Source of the DNA: a virus
Taxonomy: Duplodnaviria > Caudoviricetes
Virus record (IMG/VR): IMGVR_UViG_3300036803_000078
Location: 1-44,894 of that record
Strand: one strand, 5' to 3'
Length of the DNA stretch: 44,894 bases
This document shows, piece by piece, positions 26,663 through 35,629 of this stretch. A program made the position numbers and the translations under genes. Below the pieces are notes generated by a model. It was given only the letters and a program-made list of their open reading frames with translations. It was not told the DNA's origin and made no database searches. Each line of letters opens with the position of its first letter. The first letter of the stretch is position 1.

Positions 26663-26907
26663 GATTCACCTCCCGCCCTTTCGCGGCACAGCCGCTGAAT
26701 GAGGAAGGCGAGTGCGGTGGTTGGGTCAGGCGTTAGTTCCTGATGACAGAATAAGCCATAAGCGACCTGCGCGCATGCCGCTTGAATAGCGAGGTTGCCG
26801 CCGCGGCCATCATGATAGCGTATGGCGTGGGTGATCATTTCTTCGCCCTCGGCGAAGGTGGTCGGCACCTCGTAGACGCGCCCGTTGCCGACGCGGACCT
26901 GTTTCAT
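26659..26907 (-). CDS. Hypothetical protein
   Basis: GGAGG RBS; ATGA overlap. Confidence 0.6.
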   Translation of the reverse strand: MKQVRVGNGRVYEVPTTFAEGEEMITHAIRYHDGRGGNLAIQAACAQVAYGLFCHQELTPDPTTALAFLIQRLCRERAGGES

Positions 26908-27140
26908 TTGTCCTCCTGCTCGATATAGAGCAACCGGTCGGCTAGCCGCTCGGCGTCCAGGGGGTGCATGTAGCCGATGCGCCGAATATCCCTTTCATCG
27001 CCAATAATGGCTTCGTTGAAACCATCAGTGACACCGCGAAGCACGTCTTCATCAGCACCGCGCAACAGGCTCTCGATGATGATGAGTTCCTTGCGGGTGA
27101 GCCGCACAGTATACTTCAGCCGCTCGCCCTTGCGGTTCAT
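26904..27140 (-). CDS. Hypothetical protein
   Basis: GAGG RBS; ATGA overlap. Confidence 0.55.
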   Translation of the reverse strand: MNRKGERLKYTVRLTRKELIIIESLLRGADEDVLRGVTDGFNEAIIGDERDIRRIGYMHPLDAERLADRLLYIEQEDK

Positions 27141-27340
27141 TCGCCCTCTTCCTCGCTCATCACGAACTCGCGCCGCACTATCCAGCCGCGCATGCGCGCC
27201 ATGCGGTCGATCACCCCGATCACCAGCGCGTCCTGTTCGCTCGGCGGCATCTCGGGATAAGCGTATTCGACGCTCTTGGTCAGCATGGCGCTGGTGAGGA
27301 TGGCGCTGATCTTCTCGTATTCATTTTGGTCGATTGGCAT
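27137..27340 (-). CDS. Hypothetical protein
   Basis: MPIDQNEYEK..., 67 aa, in the operon. Confidence 0.55.
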   Translation of the reverse strand: MPIDQNEYEKISAILTSAMLTKSVEYAYPEMPPSEQDALVIGVIDRMARMRGWIVRREFVMSEEEGE

Positions 27341-27359
27341 TCCGGCACCTGTTTCTTTC

Positions 27360-28280
27360 CTAAAAGGGAATCTCTTCTTTGTCATCGAGCGGCTGATCGT
27401 AGACCGCTCCCCGCTGCGGCTTGTTCGCCTGGATGTCGGCCGCTTCGCTTTCGAGATCAACGACAAAACCGGATTTCACATACTGCTCGTACAGCCCGCG
27501 GTTCTTGTCGCCTTCTTCCTCGCTCTGAACATTACCAATATACTGGTACTCGTAGGTGAAATACGGATCGCCGGTCGGCCCGGTCTTGCGCTGCACGACA
27601 ATCCGGTAACGCTGGTAGAACTGATCGACGCCCATCGCCAAAATGGTGCCGATCCAGTTTTGCGTCGGGGTGACGCCGGTGCGCGCCGAGGTCCAGACGG
27701 CCAGCTGCTTCGAGCCGTTGGGCAGATCGACCACCACCAGAACATCATAGGTCAACGTCGCCGCCGGCTTCGACTTCGGATCGTCGTCCTGCGACGAGCC
27801 GAACTTGTGCATGTTGAACTCGGTGACCTGTCGGCCGATCTTCCACTTGTAGACCCGCGGGTTGTTGGGGAAGCGGACTTCGAACACCTGGTTCGGCTGA
27901 TCCCAGTGGATGCCGTCCGAGGCGGTCGCTAGCGGCCCTTTTTGCTCGGCGTTGGCTGGCGTCTTCGGCGCCCAAAGCTGATAGCTCTTGCGCATCATGA
28001 TCGGGGTGATGACCACCGACTGCCCAAGATTCAAGTTGTGCACCGTCAGCCAGAAGTTCCCCGGCACGGCGCCGGGGGTGGAACTGGTGACCTCCGGCGA
28101 TTGGCCGGCGAGCAGCTTGAGGCGCGGCGGCTTGAGGTCAGACGAGTCGACATTACCGAGGGAGACGCCCTTGCTTTTCTCCCGCATCCAGGCAGGCACG
28201 CCGCCTGATTCTGTAAGTTCATTGGCCATGATGACGTATTCCTTCCCGTTCCAACGGTAATGGGGTTTTTCAAAGTTCAT
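27360..28280 (-). CDS. Putative ssDNA-binding/annealing protein (start may be 28229)
   Basis: D...PRLKLL...SP.V motif and acidic C-terminal tail DDKEEIPF, an SSB-like interaction tip; lies in the replication module. Confidence 0.65.
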   Translation of the reverse strand: MNFEKPHYRWNGKEYVIMANELTESGGVPAWMREKSKGVSLGNVDSSDLKPPRLKLLAGQSPEVTSSTPGAVPGNFWLTVHNLNLGQSVVITPIMMRKSYQLWAPKTPANAEQKGPLATASDGIHWDQPNQVFEVRFPNNPRVYKWKIGRQVTEFNMHKFGSSQDDDPKSKPAATLTYDVLVVVDLPNGSKQLAVWTSARTGVTPTQNWIGTILAMGVDQFYQRYRIVVQRKTGPTGDPYFTYEYQYIGNVQSEEEGDKNRGLYEQYVKSGFVVDLESEAADIQANKPQRGAVYDQPLDDKEEIPF

Positions 28281-28491
28281 GACGACGCGCCCATTCCTTC
28301 ATGATCGCGCCGCACAAACAAACGAATTGACCGTCATCCTCTTCCAGAATGCCGGGATCGAGCTTCTCAACACGACAGTCAATATTGCCGTTGAGATAAG
28401 TCCACCCATCGTTTTCATTGAAATGCACATAACCGGTTTGATGGCACGCGGGACAGTAGTATCTGGTTTGGTAATAATCCCGCGCGCTCAT
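28270..28491 (-). CDS. Small Zn-binding protein
   Basis: CPAC...ENDG...C.CG. Confidence 0.55.
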   Translation of the reverse strand: MSARDYYQTRYYCPACHQTGYVHFNENDGWTYLNGNIDCRVEKLDPGILEEDDGQFVCLCGAIMKEWARRHEL

Positions 28492-28492
28492 C

Positions 28493-28981
28493 TCAGACCT
28501 TAGTGATGCTGACGAACGGCGTCGCGTTGATCTTAAACACATCGCTCGGCAAGGGTTGCTGCTTCTCGGCCATGTCCTTAGCGTGCGCGCCCAAGGTTTG
28601 CGCGTTGCACGTCTCGATGATCAAGCCTTCCATGCCGTTCGCGCGCAGCCACGCCAGACCTTGATCCTTTTCCAGTAACGAGGCGGTCCAGCGGTGGTTG
28701 ATCGTCACCCGGCCGACACCCTCAACGGTCGCGTTTTTGATCCGCTGATTCATGAACATAGTTGGAATGCTCTCCTGCGAGAGCTGATCGAGGTGCGCCT
28801 GAATTTTCGCCATTTTGCCAGTCAAAATCCTGAACTCATCGCGCAGCTTAGCGAAATGAATGATGATCTCAGGAATCTGCTTGGTGGAGATGACCGCCTC
28901 CGAATCGCGCGTGGCGCGTTCAAAGAGGGAGTCGAGCTTTTTGCCAGCGTAATCGGCCGCAACCGTAGTGTCGAAGTTCAT
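28493..28981 (-). CDS. Conserved replication-module coiled-coil protein
   Basis: IP..F.....K...V.GVG..WLR.NG...LI.ET.NAQTL.A motif commonly found upstream of this SSB type. Confidence 0.65.
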   Translation of the reverse strand: MNFDTTVAADYAGKKLDSLFERATRDSEAVISTKQIPEIIIHFAKLRDEFRILTGKMAKIQAHLDQLSQESIPTMFMNQRIKNATVEGVGRVTINHRWTASLLEKDQGLAWLRANGMEGLIIETCNAQTLGAHAKDMAEKQQPLPSDVFKINATPFVSITKV

Positions 28982-29019
28982 TTTGGCATTCCTTATTTTG
29001 GGTTAGAGCCACAAAGGGG

Positions 29020-29096
29020 CGCTAGGACTGTGATATGTGTAATTAGGGATGACTGTCAAGTTGAATATTGACTTAGGCGCAAAGATTTTTCATGCT
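29020..29096. promoter_or_regulatory. Divergent sigma70-like promoters
   Basis: - strand TTGACA (29059-29054) with a weak -10; + strand TTGACT-17-CATGCT just before ATG 29102; TAGGACT at 29023-29029. Confidence 0.5.
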
Positions 29097-29101
29097 GGCG
29101 A

Positions 29102-29335
29102 ATGTCAGTTTTCAGCACGCTCGCCTTGATGGTCACCGCCGGCCTGCGCCCCACCTCGAAGACGGAGCTCGATGATCTCCGTCGCGAGCGCGACGAGTGG
29201 CGCGATCTGGCTATCCGTTATCGCGAGATCGCAAGCGCCGAGATCATCAGGGCGCAATCGCTGCAGGCGGCGCAGATATTCGATAGCTTTTGCAATTGCG
29301 CTCCGGCGCGGCACGATCTTCTCACTCGCGGATAG
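29102..29335 (+). CDS. Hypothetical protein, lone + strand gene in the - strand arm
   Basis: 77 aa with a coiled coil and CNC.PARH motif; has its own promoter and is possibly leaderless. Confidence 0.55.
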   Translation: MSVFSTLALMVTAGLRPTSKTELDDLRRERDEWRDLAIRYREIASAEIIRAQSLQAAQIFDSFCNCAPARHDLLTRG

Positions 29336-29531
29336 CGTCGACGAGTTCCTGCCAATCTGTTGCGGCCTTGACGTCTTTCGCCTTAACAGCGCGAAACGCC
29401 ATCCGCTCGGCGATGCGCTTCAACACCGCCAGCATCGCCATCGGCTCGTCGGCATGGATCAATTCCATCAATAAGAATTGCAGCGCGTCTTTTTCTTGCT
29501 GGGTCAGGCGGTCAAACCCTTCACCGCCCAC
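29322..29531 (-). CDS. Hypothetical protein
   Basis: 69 aa helical ORF downstream of the Acb2/Tad1-like gene. Confidence 0.5.
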   Translation of the reverse strand: MGGEGFDRLTQQEKDALQFLLMELIHADEPMAMLAVLKRIAERMAFRAVKAKDVKAATDWQELVDAIRE

Positions 29532-29728
29532 ATGACGGCTTCTTCAACCTTCGTCTTGGCGAGCGAGGCCTCACGGCCGGGCGGGACCATTTTGTCGATG
29601 ATCTTGAGAAATAAAAGACCTGTGTCTTTAATATGAACCATCACATCTTTTTCAGCATCGGTCAGCACCCGATACTGATGGCGCACATCGTTGTTGACGG
29701 TGCATTCGTCGCTCGCGCTGTCAACCAT
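29504..29728 (-). CDS. Acb2/Tad1-like helical-hairpin anti-defence (nucleotide sponge) protein
   Basis: RHQYRVLTDAEK..M..IK..G..F..II.....GRE.SLAKTK.EEAVMWAVK resembles the Acb2 YR.L..EE...M...K N-terminus and the Tad1-like TK.EEA.MW motif. Confidence 0.7.
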   Translation of the reverse strand: MVDSASDECTVNNDVRHQYRVLTDAEKDVMVHIKDTGLLFLKIIDKMVPPGREASLAKTKVEEAVMWAVKGLTA

Positions 29729-30039
29729 CAGTCGCACCGCGGCGTTTTAGAGACATGCCCGCGCGGCGTGCCTCTCAACCGACCCACGCCTTTGCTGATC
29801 GTGTTGCTCGGGCTGGTCGTCACATGCGCCTTCGAGCGGTAGGGCTCGCGTGTGTCGGAGGTCGGAGCCGGCATCACCGCGGAGCGCAGGCCGAACTCCG
29901 CGACGTCGTTGGCGATCTTGCCATGCTTTTTCGGTGGCCGCTTGGCCATCTCCGGAAAGCCGCCGATCTCGCCGCCCTGGCCATGCTTCAGCCGGCCGCC
30001 CATCGGCATGCCAAATCCTTTGCCCTTGGTGAGCCTCAT
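29728..30039 (-). CDS. Small basic, probably disordered protein
   Basis: Lys/Arg/Gly/Pro-rich; ATGA overlap. Confidence 0.55.
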   Translation of the reverse strand: MRLTKGKGFGMPMGGRLKHGQGGEIGGFPEMAKRPPKKHGKIANDVAEFGLRSAVMPAPTSDTREPYRSKAHVTTSPSNTISKGVGRLRGTPRGHVSKTPRCD

Positions 30040-30227
30040 GGCTTGCTCCTGTGCCTTTGGCCGCGCGTCATCTTGCCGCGCTTGACGCCCTTCTTGGTCG
30101 GCGTGTTGTGCCCCGCCTTCAGCTCGCCAGCCTTCTGCAACGCGCTGGTGGCGATGGCGTAGGCGCTCGATTTCGAGTGGCCCTTCTTACGGATCTGCTT
30201 GACTGCATCCTCGAGGATCTTCGGCAT
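30036..30227 (-). CDS. Small highly basic protein
   Basis: MPKILEDAVKQIRKKGHSKSSAYAIATSALQKAG..., 63 aa; TGATG overlap. Confidence 0.65.
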   Translation of the reverse strand: MPKILEDAVKQIRKKGHSKSSAYAIATSALQKAGELKAGHNTPTKKGVKRGKMTRGQRHRSKP

Positions 30228-30796
30228 CACGCCACCACTGGGCCAATCGTATTCGAAGTCGCGGTTACAGTTCCGTTGGCGTTCTCCGCGGTCACCCGGC
30301 ACGACAGCATGAACGTCTCGTCGGCGACGGCTAAGGTATACGACTGATTTGTCGCATTGAAGATTGGCGATCCGCTACGAAGCCACTGATATATGTAAGT
30401 CGCCGGCGAGCCGGTCCACGTCCCATTGGTGGTCGACGCAACGCCGTTCGCCCCGACCGACAACGAAGTCGAAGAGACGACCGGCGCCGCAGTGTTGGCT
30501 GGCGGGCTGACCACTGAGAGCGCGTTTGTGATCGCGGTCGACATTGCCGCTGGCGTGAGATTGCCTGCCTTGCCGCGGTTAACGACGCGCAGCAGTTCAT
30601 TGAGCATCGGACCGTTAGAGGCGTTGCCGGGCATCAATCCAGGAACCGGCGCCTGCAGTTCGACCGAATATGTAGTCGGATCGGGACTGAGCGCAGCGGC
30701 GAGCGCATTAGCGATGGCGAGCCGATTCGGATCCCATTTGTTGGCCATGTAGACGAGCGTCACCTGCTGGGTGAAGTCGTTGATCATGTAGCTCAT
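30227..30796 (-). CDS. Protein with C-terminal Ig-like beta domain (possible virion decoration)
   Basis: PPANTAAPV.S...TTNGTWTGSP.TY.YQW.R.G..I..AT..SYTL..AD....SC.VTA.N..G motif. Confidence 0.7.
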   Translation of the reverse strand: MSYMINDFTQQVTLVYMANKWDPNRLAIANALAAALSPDPTTYSVELQAPVPGLMPGNASNGPMLNELLRVVNRGKAGNLTPAAMSTAITNALSVVSPPANTAAPVVSSTSLSVGANGVASTTNGTWTGSPATYIYQWLRSGSPIFNATNQSYTLAVADETFMLSCRVTAENANGTVTATSNTIGPVVA

Positions 30797-31809
30797 GAGT
30801 ACCCGCCTCCCTGACTGGTCGAGGAGTCAGCCACACGCTGCTTCGGCCGCCGCGGCGGCATCGGCGTTTGGTCTAGCGGAACACGCTGTGCAAGATCCGG
30901 GCGCGCAGCTATGGCCGCGTGAACCGCCGGGTGCGCAGCTGCGGCCGCGGCAACTGCCGGATGGCTGAACAGCGAACTGAGATCGAGCGCCGTTCCCATG
31001 CGCGTGCCCGGGTTCCAGCCGGTCGCCGAGGCGTTCGGCCGGTCGATGCCGATGAACGGGCTGTTGGAGGGCGCCTGGACAGGCGCCGTAACGCCCGGAG
31101 TTCCTGTGCCCAGGTTGACTGACTTCGGGTTGATGCGCTTGGGCGGCGTCGATTTGTTGGAGCTTGGCGGATTGCCCCAAAGCCTGGGATCGCCATAGCC
31201 GCTGCCGCTTTGCGTCGCTGGCGCTGGCAGACCGCCGGTCTTCGGCGCGTCGGGGCGCGGCGGAAACATGCCAGGATTGAACTCGCCCGTCTCGGCCGGC
31301 GTCGGCGAAAGAACGCCAGCACCTGCGATCGCGCCGCGCCAATAAGGGTTGCCGCCACCGAGCATCGTAAGCGGATTGAAACTTGGGCCGCCGCCAATCG
31401 GCTCGCCAGCATTGAAGGTTTGGCCGCCCTTAAACCAATTGTGCGGATCCCAATAGTCGCCTTCGGTCGATGTGCCGCCGGTGAATGGACCGACAGACTT
31501 GTTGTTCGGAATAGTGGAATTGTTCGGTGGAAAGATTTGCGGTTCGGCCGTCGTCAGGCTGGTGCCTAAAGGACTTGGACTGGAATCAACCGCTGGCGCG
31601 AGTGGCGCTGGCTGGCTGTTCGGAACCGATAGCGGACCGGCAGGCGGTGGAGCCGGCGGGGCGGGAGTGCGATAGGGAGCGTTCCAGTCACTCCCCACCG
31701 AATTGGGCGGACCGATAGACCCGTCGGGAAACTGAATCCAGCCCTGTGGGATACGGGTCCGCCAAGCATCGTCCGTTCCTGGCATATCGCCTGGAGCGAA
31801 AACAGCCAT
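30793..31809 (-). CDS. Pro/Gly-rich low-complexity protein
   Basis: 338 aa, coupled at both ends. Confidence 0.6.
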   Translation of the reverse strand: MAVFAPGDMPGTDDAWRTRIPQGWIQFPDGSIGPPNSVGSDWNAPYRTPAPPAPPPAGPLSVPNSQPAPLAPAVDSSPSPLGTSLTTAEPQIFPPNNSTIPNNKSVGPFTGGTSTEGDYWDPHNWFKGGQTFNAGEPIGGGPSFNPLTMLGGGNPYWRGAIAGAGVLSPTPAETGEFNPGMFPPRPDAPKTGGLPAPATQSGSGYGDPRLWGNPPSSNKSTPPKRINPKSVNLGTGTPGVTAPVQAPSNSPFIGIDRPNASATGWNPGTRMGTALDLSSLFSHPAVAAAAAAHPAVHAAIAARPDLAQRVPLDQTPMPPRRPKQRVADSSTSQGGGYS

Positions 31810-32150
31810 TACTGATCCTTAAAGCCTACGCCGGGAACCTGACGGCCGCGATCGCCGGGAGCGCGCTCGTCGCGAATCGGATTGCCGCGGTCAGAACGCT
31901 CGCGCTGTTCGTCGGCGACTGTCTGCATGCTGGGATCGGAGGGCGCCGAAGGACCGCCAGGCTCGCCCGGGCCGGGGTTGGCGTAATCGTGGCCTTCGGG
32001 GGGTGTTTGCGATGATGCTGGCTGTTGTTCGCGATCCCTCGAGCCGGGGCCGCGATTGGTGTCGGCTTCATCGCGTCTGTCGGCGACGCGCCCACCCAGT
32101 GGATCTCTGCCGCCAAGCGGGGATTGAGGTCGTTGCGGTTGGTTGGCCAT
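31809..32150 (-). CDS. Disordered Pro/Arg/Asp-rich protein
   Basis: AGGAG RBS; TVADEQRERS motif. Confidence 0.6.
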   Translation of the reverse strand: MANQPQRPQSPLGGRDPLGGRVADRRDEADTNRGPGSRDREQQPASSQTPPEGHDYANPGPGEPGGPSAPSDPSMQTVADEQRERSDRGNPIRDERAPGDRGRQVPGVGFKDQ

Positions 32151-32250
32151 AGCGTTTCTCCTGAAGAGCGGTTCGCCACGGGAGCAGCGAACCGCCTTAT
32201 CGCGCGACCTGCGCGAGGACCATACTCAACGCGCAGGAAAGCGCAATGGA

Positions 32251-32760
32251 TCAACGACGCTGTTGCTGACCAGGCTTAGGCTGCGCAGTAGGCGGCAGGC
32301 CCTGATCGGGATGGCCAGGCTGGATTGGCAAACCTTGATCGGGGTGACCTTGGCCTGGCGGCAAGCCCTGGTCAGGCCGCAAACTGATGTCAATGCAGAT
32401 GTAACGCCAACCATGGCCGGGGATGCCAGCCACCACCCAGAACTTGCCACTTGAGTTCGGCGGCGCTGGCGGCCAGATGGTGCCGGGTTCATCCGGAGCG
32501 TCCGGCGGCACAGGAACAATCGGATGTGATGGCGTGGGGCCAGGCCAAATCCCGGGAGGCGGTTCCGGCAAACTATTATCTGGTCGACCGCCGCTGCCCG
32601 GGAGTTCCTGATCGGGATGCCCGCCCTCATCGATGCCCCAATCTGGATCGACAGGGCGATTGCCGCCGCCAGGAGGGCGACTGCCTCCAGGAAGCCCTTG
32701 GTCAGGGCGGCCGGGACGGTCTGAGTCAAATTCTAACCAACCACCTTTTACTCTCGGCAT
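32251..32760 (-). CDS. Repeat protein with six [RH]PD[QN]xLP motifs
   Basis: AGGAGG RBS; RPDQGLP, HPDQELP, RPDNSLP, RPDQGLP, HPDQGLP, HPDQGLP. Confidence 0.7.
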   Translation of the reverse strand: MPRVKGGWLEFDSDRPGRPDQGLPGGSRPPGGGNRPVDPDWGIDEGGHPDQELPGSGGRPDNSLPEPPPGIWPGPTPSHPIVPVPPDAPDEPGTIWPPAPPNSSGKFWVVAGIPGHGWRYICIDISLRPDQGLPPGQGHPDQGLPIQPGHPDQGLPPTAQPKPGQQQRR

Positions 32761-33007
32761 TTTCTCCTCCTTTGTCCTTAAGGACACATTCATCTACCAC
32801 TTAATTCCCTCAAGAGCGCAATCCCCTTCAATCGCTCATCGGCCTCTGGACATCCAATCCAGTCCATTGACGGTATCGGAATATCGATTCGTTCTGGTGA
32901 CGGGGGTGGAGAGTGAACGGCGCGACGCGCAAGCGCGATAGCGTGACAATGCTGCGGATAGGGGTAATGCCATACGTGATAGCAGTGGGCGTCGGCGCTG
33001 GTGACAA

Positions 33008-35545
33008 TCAGTATTCCACATCCGGCGGCATATAATCCGGGTCGTAAGGCCGCGATGATTCCTGCCTTTGCCTTTGCTGCCGGTTGCCGCGCCAATCAGG
33101 AAACCCCTTAAAGCCTGGGACTACGTCGTTGACCCCTTCGTCATTAGGACGAACGGCCATCCAGGCTGGTTGTAGCGGAAGTCCGTGGGCGGCGCCAAGC
33201 TTTTCCAACAGGGTGAGGTATTTGTATTTAAACCGCCAACTGTCGCCCATCATGGGTTCGATCACTTGAGCGCGCTTGTATTCCTCCAATACATCGGCCG
33301 CCTCGATCCTGGTCCTTTGGCCTTCGTGGCGCTTGATCGCGTCGCGAAGAGCGAAAATGTTGAATGGCGCGATGATGTCCAGACCGCTCATCACCCGCGC
33401 ATCGGCGGCGATCTTGCGCGCCACATTGCGCGCTGGCGACATGGTCGAACGAACCACTCGCTCGTCGTCGCGTGATGAATGCTCGAGGCTCTCCAGCTCG
33501 ATCTGCGTCACCTCGATGTCCATGAAGTAGCGCATCAGATGCTGTCTAAAAACCACCTTGTCGAGATAAGCAGAGAACTTGGCGTATTCCGGCTTCAAGC
33601 TGTTCGCCCATAATTGAAACTCTTGATCGGTCACCCCCATGCTTTCAGCTGTGTGACCCATGATGAAGAACAGCGTCCGGTCGGCGGCGTCGGTCGGCGA
33701 AAGACCGATCTCGACCGAATTAGAGGCGATGATCAAGCGTGAAGGAATGTAAAAATCGTGCTGATGACCAAACTTGCGCGCGCTGGAAATGTACTCCGAA
33801 CGGATCAGCCGCTTGATCGTGTTGATTGCGCCGACCGACTCGAGCTTGACCTCGTCGATGAAGGTCACCAACTTGCCGATGAACGGCTCGACCATGAACT
33901 TATTGTCGACCAGCGACGAGGCGTCCGCCATGCCGGCCATCCGGTCGAACAGCGCGACCATGAACTTGCCGCCGAATATCGACTTGCCGATGCCCTGGCC
34001 GCCGACGATCACCGGGCAAACCTGCGGCTTGATCTCAGGATGTTGGGCGATCCAGGCGACAAACTGCTTGAGCCACTTCACCTGATTGGGCTTCGCGCCG
34101 CCGGTCAGCAATCCGAAGATCCAATCGACCATCGCCGCGACCTCGCGCATGACTGCCTGGTCGATAGTCGCTATCGGCTTGATGGCAAAACCGGGAAAGG
34201 TGTTAAACAGTTTGTATTCGTCGCTACGCTGCTCTTCATCGCCCGCTAGAAGCCCATGGACGCGCGATTGGCGTAGGATGGCTCCAGGTTCATAGCCGGG
34301 TCGAAACTCCCGGTGGTCGACGTCCGTGCGCAATCCTGAAGCGGAATAAATCTTGAAGGGGTTATGCGGCTTCTTGCCGACGTAAACCACCTCGGTCTGA
34401 TGGCGCTCGAGCAAATGGTCGTTGCTGAACTCGAAACTCAACCCCTGGTGCAAACGTTCGCGGTCGAGATAATCCTGGGTTGAGCGATCATAAACGTAAC
34501 GTTCCGACATCTGCTCGATCACATCGATATCGAGGCCAGCGCGGAAGGCGCGCCGGATGCCGATCATCCCGTCGAGTTTGAACAGCCCCTGGATCGCCTT
34601 CCAGCCGGGCACACGGCGCGAATCGTGTTCGTAGGCGATCTCAGCGCGATGAAAGGCGGCGCCGAGAGCCTTGCCCGCTCCCATGCCTTCCAGAAAGCGA
34701 ATTAAGTCGGAGGCGTTGTCGAGGCTGTCGATGGGCGACCAGCAGACGCCCTCCAGCGACTTGCCGCGGGCGTTGATGTCTTTCCCCTCGCGCACCAGGC
34801 GAGCGATCCAGCCGCCCAGAATGCCAGTCAGCGACTCCGGCCAGTCGGTGAGCCCATCGAGGTAATCGGCCACCCAATAGCCCAGCGTGGCGAAAGCGAT
34901 GGAGCGCACCACCGTCTCCATCGTCGTCGGTTCAATGGAGCGCGCCTCGAGATCCTCCAGGCCGAGCTCGGCGTCGTCGGTCGCCGGTTTGCCCTTTGGC
35001 CGCCAGACCACCAGGTCATCAACGAAGCGCGACCCCGGCAGCGGCGCCGAATGCCGCCAATCCGGCTTGGCGGCCGGTGGGGTGTAGATGAGCTCGGTCT
35101 TCACCCAGTGACCGGCCTTGTCCTTGTGCGGCGCCGGCCAGAGGTTCGCCCAGCGATCGATGGTGCGTTCGTCTTCGATCTTCAGGATAACCGAAGAGAC
35201 TGGTCTTTTGCTCAGCCCGTAAGCGGCGCGGGCGTCGACCAGCGGGGCGAAATGCTTGAACCAAACGTCGTCGGGCGATGTGATCTTGAGCGCGATGTAA
35301 CCATCACACAGGCGCACGCCGGCGTTGCGATCCGTGTCGCCCCATTGGTTGGGATCGCACTCCAGTTCATCGCCGGGAGTGGCGCTCTCGGGTCTTAGCC
35401 AGATGAAGGGGGCATTTAGCCTCTTTTTGTTGATAAATTCGGTGGTTAGAATACGCTGCGCAGCCGTTAATGGTGGCATTCGAGGGCCTCGACGAGGCAA
35501 GATTTCTCCTCGTCGCGAGGCGTTGTCAAACCGGGTTGTAGACAT
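33008..35545 (-). CDS. Primase-helicase-like replication protein (C-terminal SF3/DUF5906 NTPase); start may be 35479
   Basis: WL.QFVAW..QHP, GGQGIGKS (Walker A), FIDEV (Walker B), IIASN (motif C). Confidence 0.85.
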   Translation of the reverse strand: MSTTRFDNASRRGEILPRRGPRMPPLTAAQRILTTEFINKKRLNAPFIWLRPESATPGDELECDPNQWGDTDRNAGVRLCDGYIALKITSPDDVWFKHFAPLVDARAAYGLSKRPVSSVILKIEDERTIDRWANLWPAPHKDKAGHWVKTELIYTPPAAKPDWRHSAPLPGSRFVDDLVVWRPKGKPATDDAELGLEDLEARSIEPTTMETVVRSIAFATLGYWVADYLDGLTDWPESLTGILGGWIARLVREGKDINARGKSLEGVCWSPIDSLDNASDLIRFLEGMGAGKALGAAFHRAEIAYEHDSRRVPGWKAIQGLFKLDGMIGIRRAFRAGLDIDVIEQMSERYVYDRSTQDYLDRERLHQGLSFEFSNDHLLERHQTEVVYVGKKPHNPFKIYSASGLRTDVDHREFRPGYEPGAILRQSRVHGLLAGDEEQRSDEYKLFNTFPGFAIKPIATIDQAVMREVAAMVDWIFGLLTGGAKPNQVKWLKQFVAWIAQHPEIKPQVCPVIVGGQGIGKSIFGGKFMVALFDRMAGMADASSLVDNKFMVEPFIGKLVTFIDEVKLESVGAINTIKRLIRSEYISSARKFGHQHDFYIPSRLIIASNSVEIGLSPTDAADRTLFFIMGHTAESMGVTDQEFQLWANSLKPEYAKFSAYLDKVVFRQHLMRYFMDIEVTQIELESLEHSSRDDERVVRSTMSPARNVARKIAADARVMSGLDIIAPFNIFALRDAIKRHEGQRTRIEAADVLEEYKRAQVIEPMMGDSWRFKYKYLTLLEKLGAAHGLPLQPAWMAVRPNDEGVNDVVPGFKGFPDWRGNRQQRQRQESSRPYDPDYMPPDVEY

Positions 35546-35629
35546 CCATTTGGATTGACACTACATGTTGCGCTGAGAGCCTTCGGCACATGCTCTCAGC
35601 GGAACCGGGGCCCCTGGAATTGGCATTCC

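Noticed and set aside
32790-33095. 101-aa ORF with a possible signal peptide
   Set aside because: The start is ambiguous and overlaps the primase. It is plausibly coding in part, but I cannot set its boundaries.
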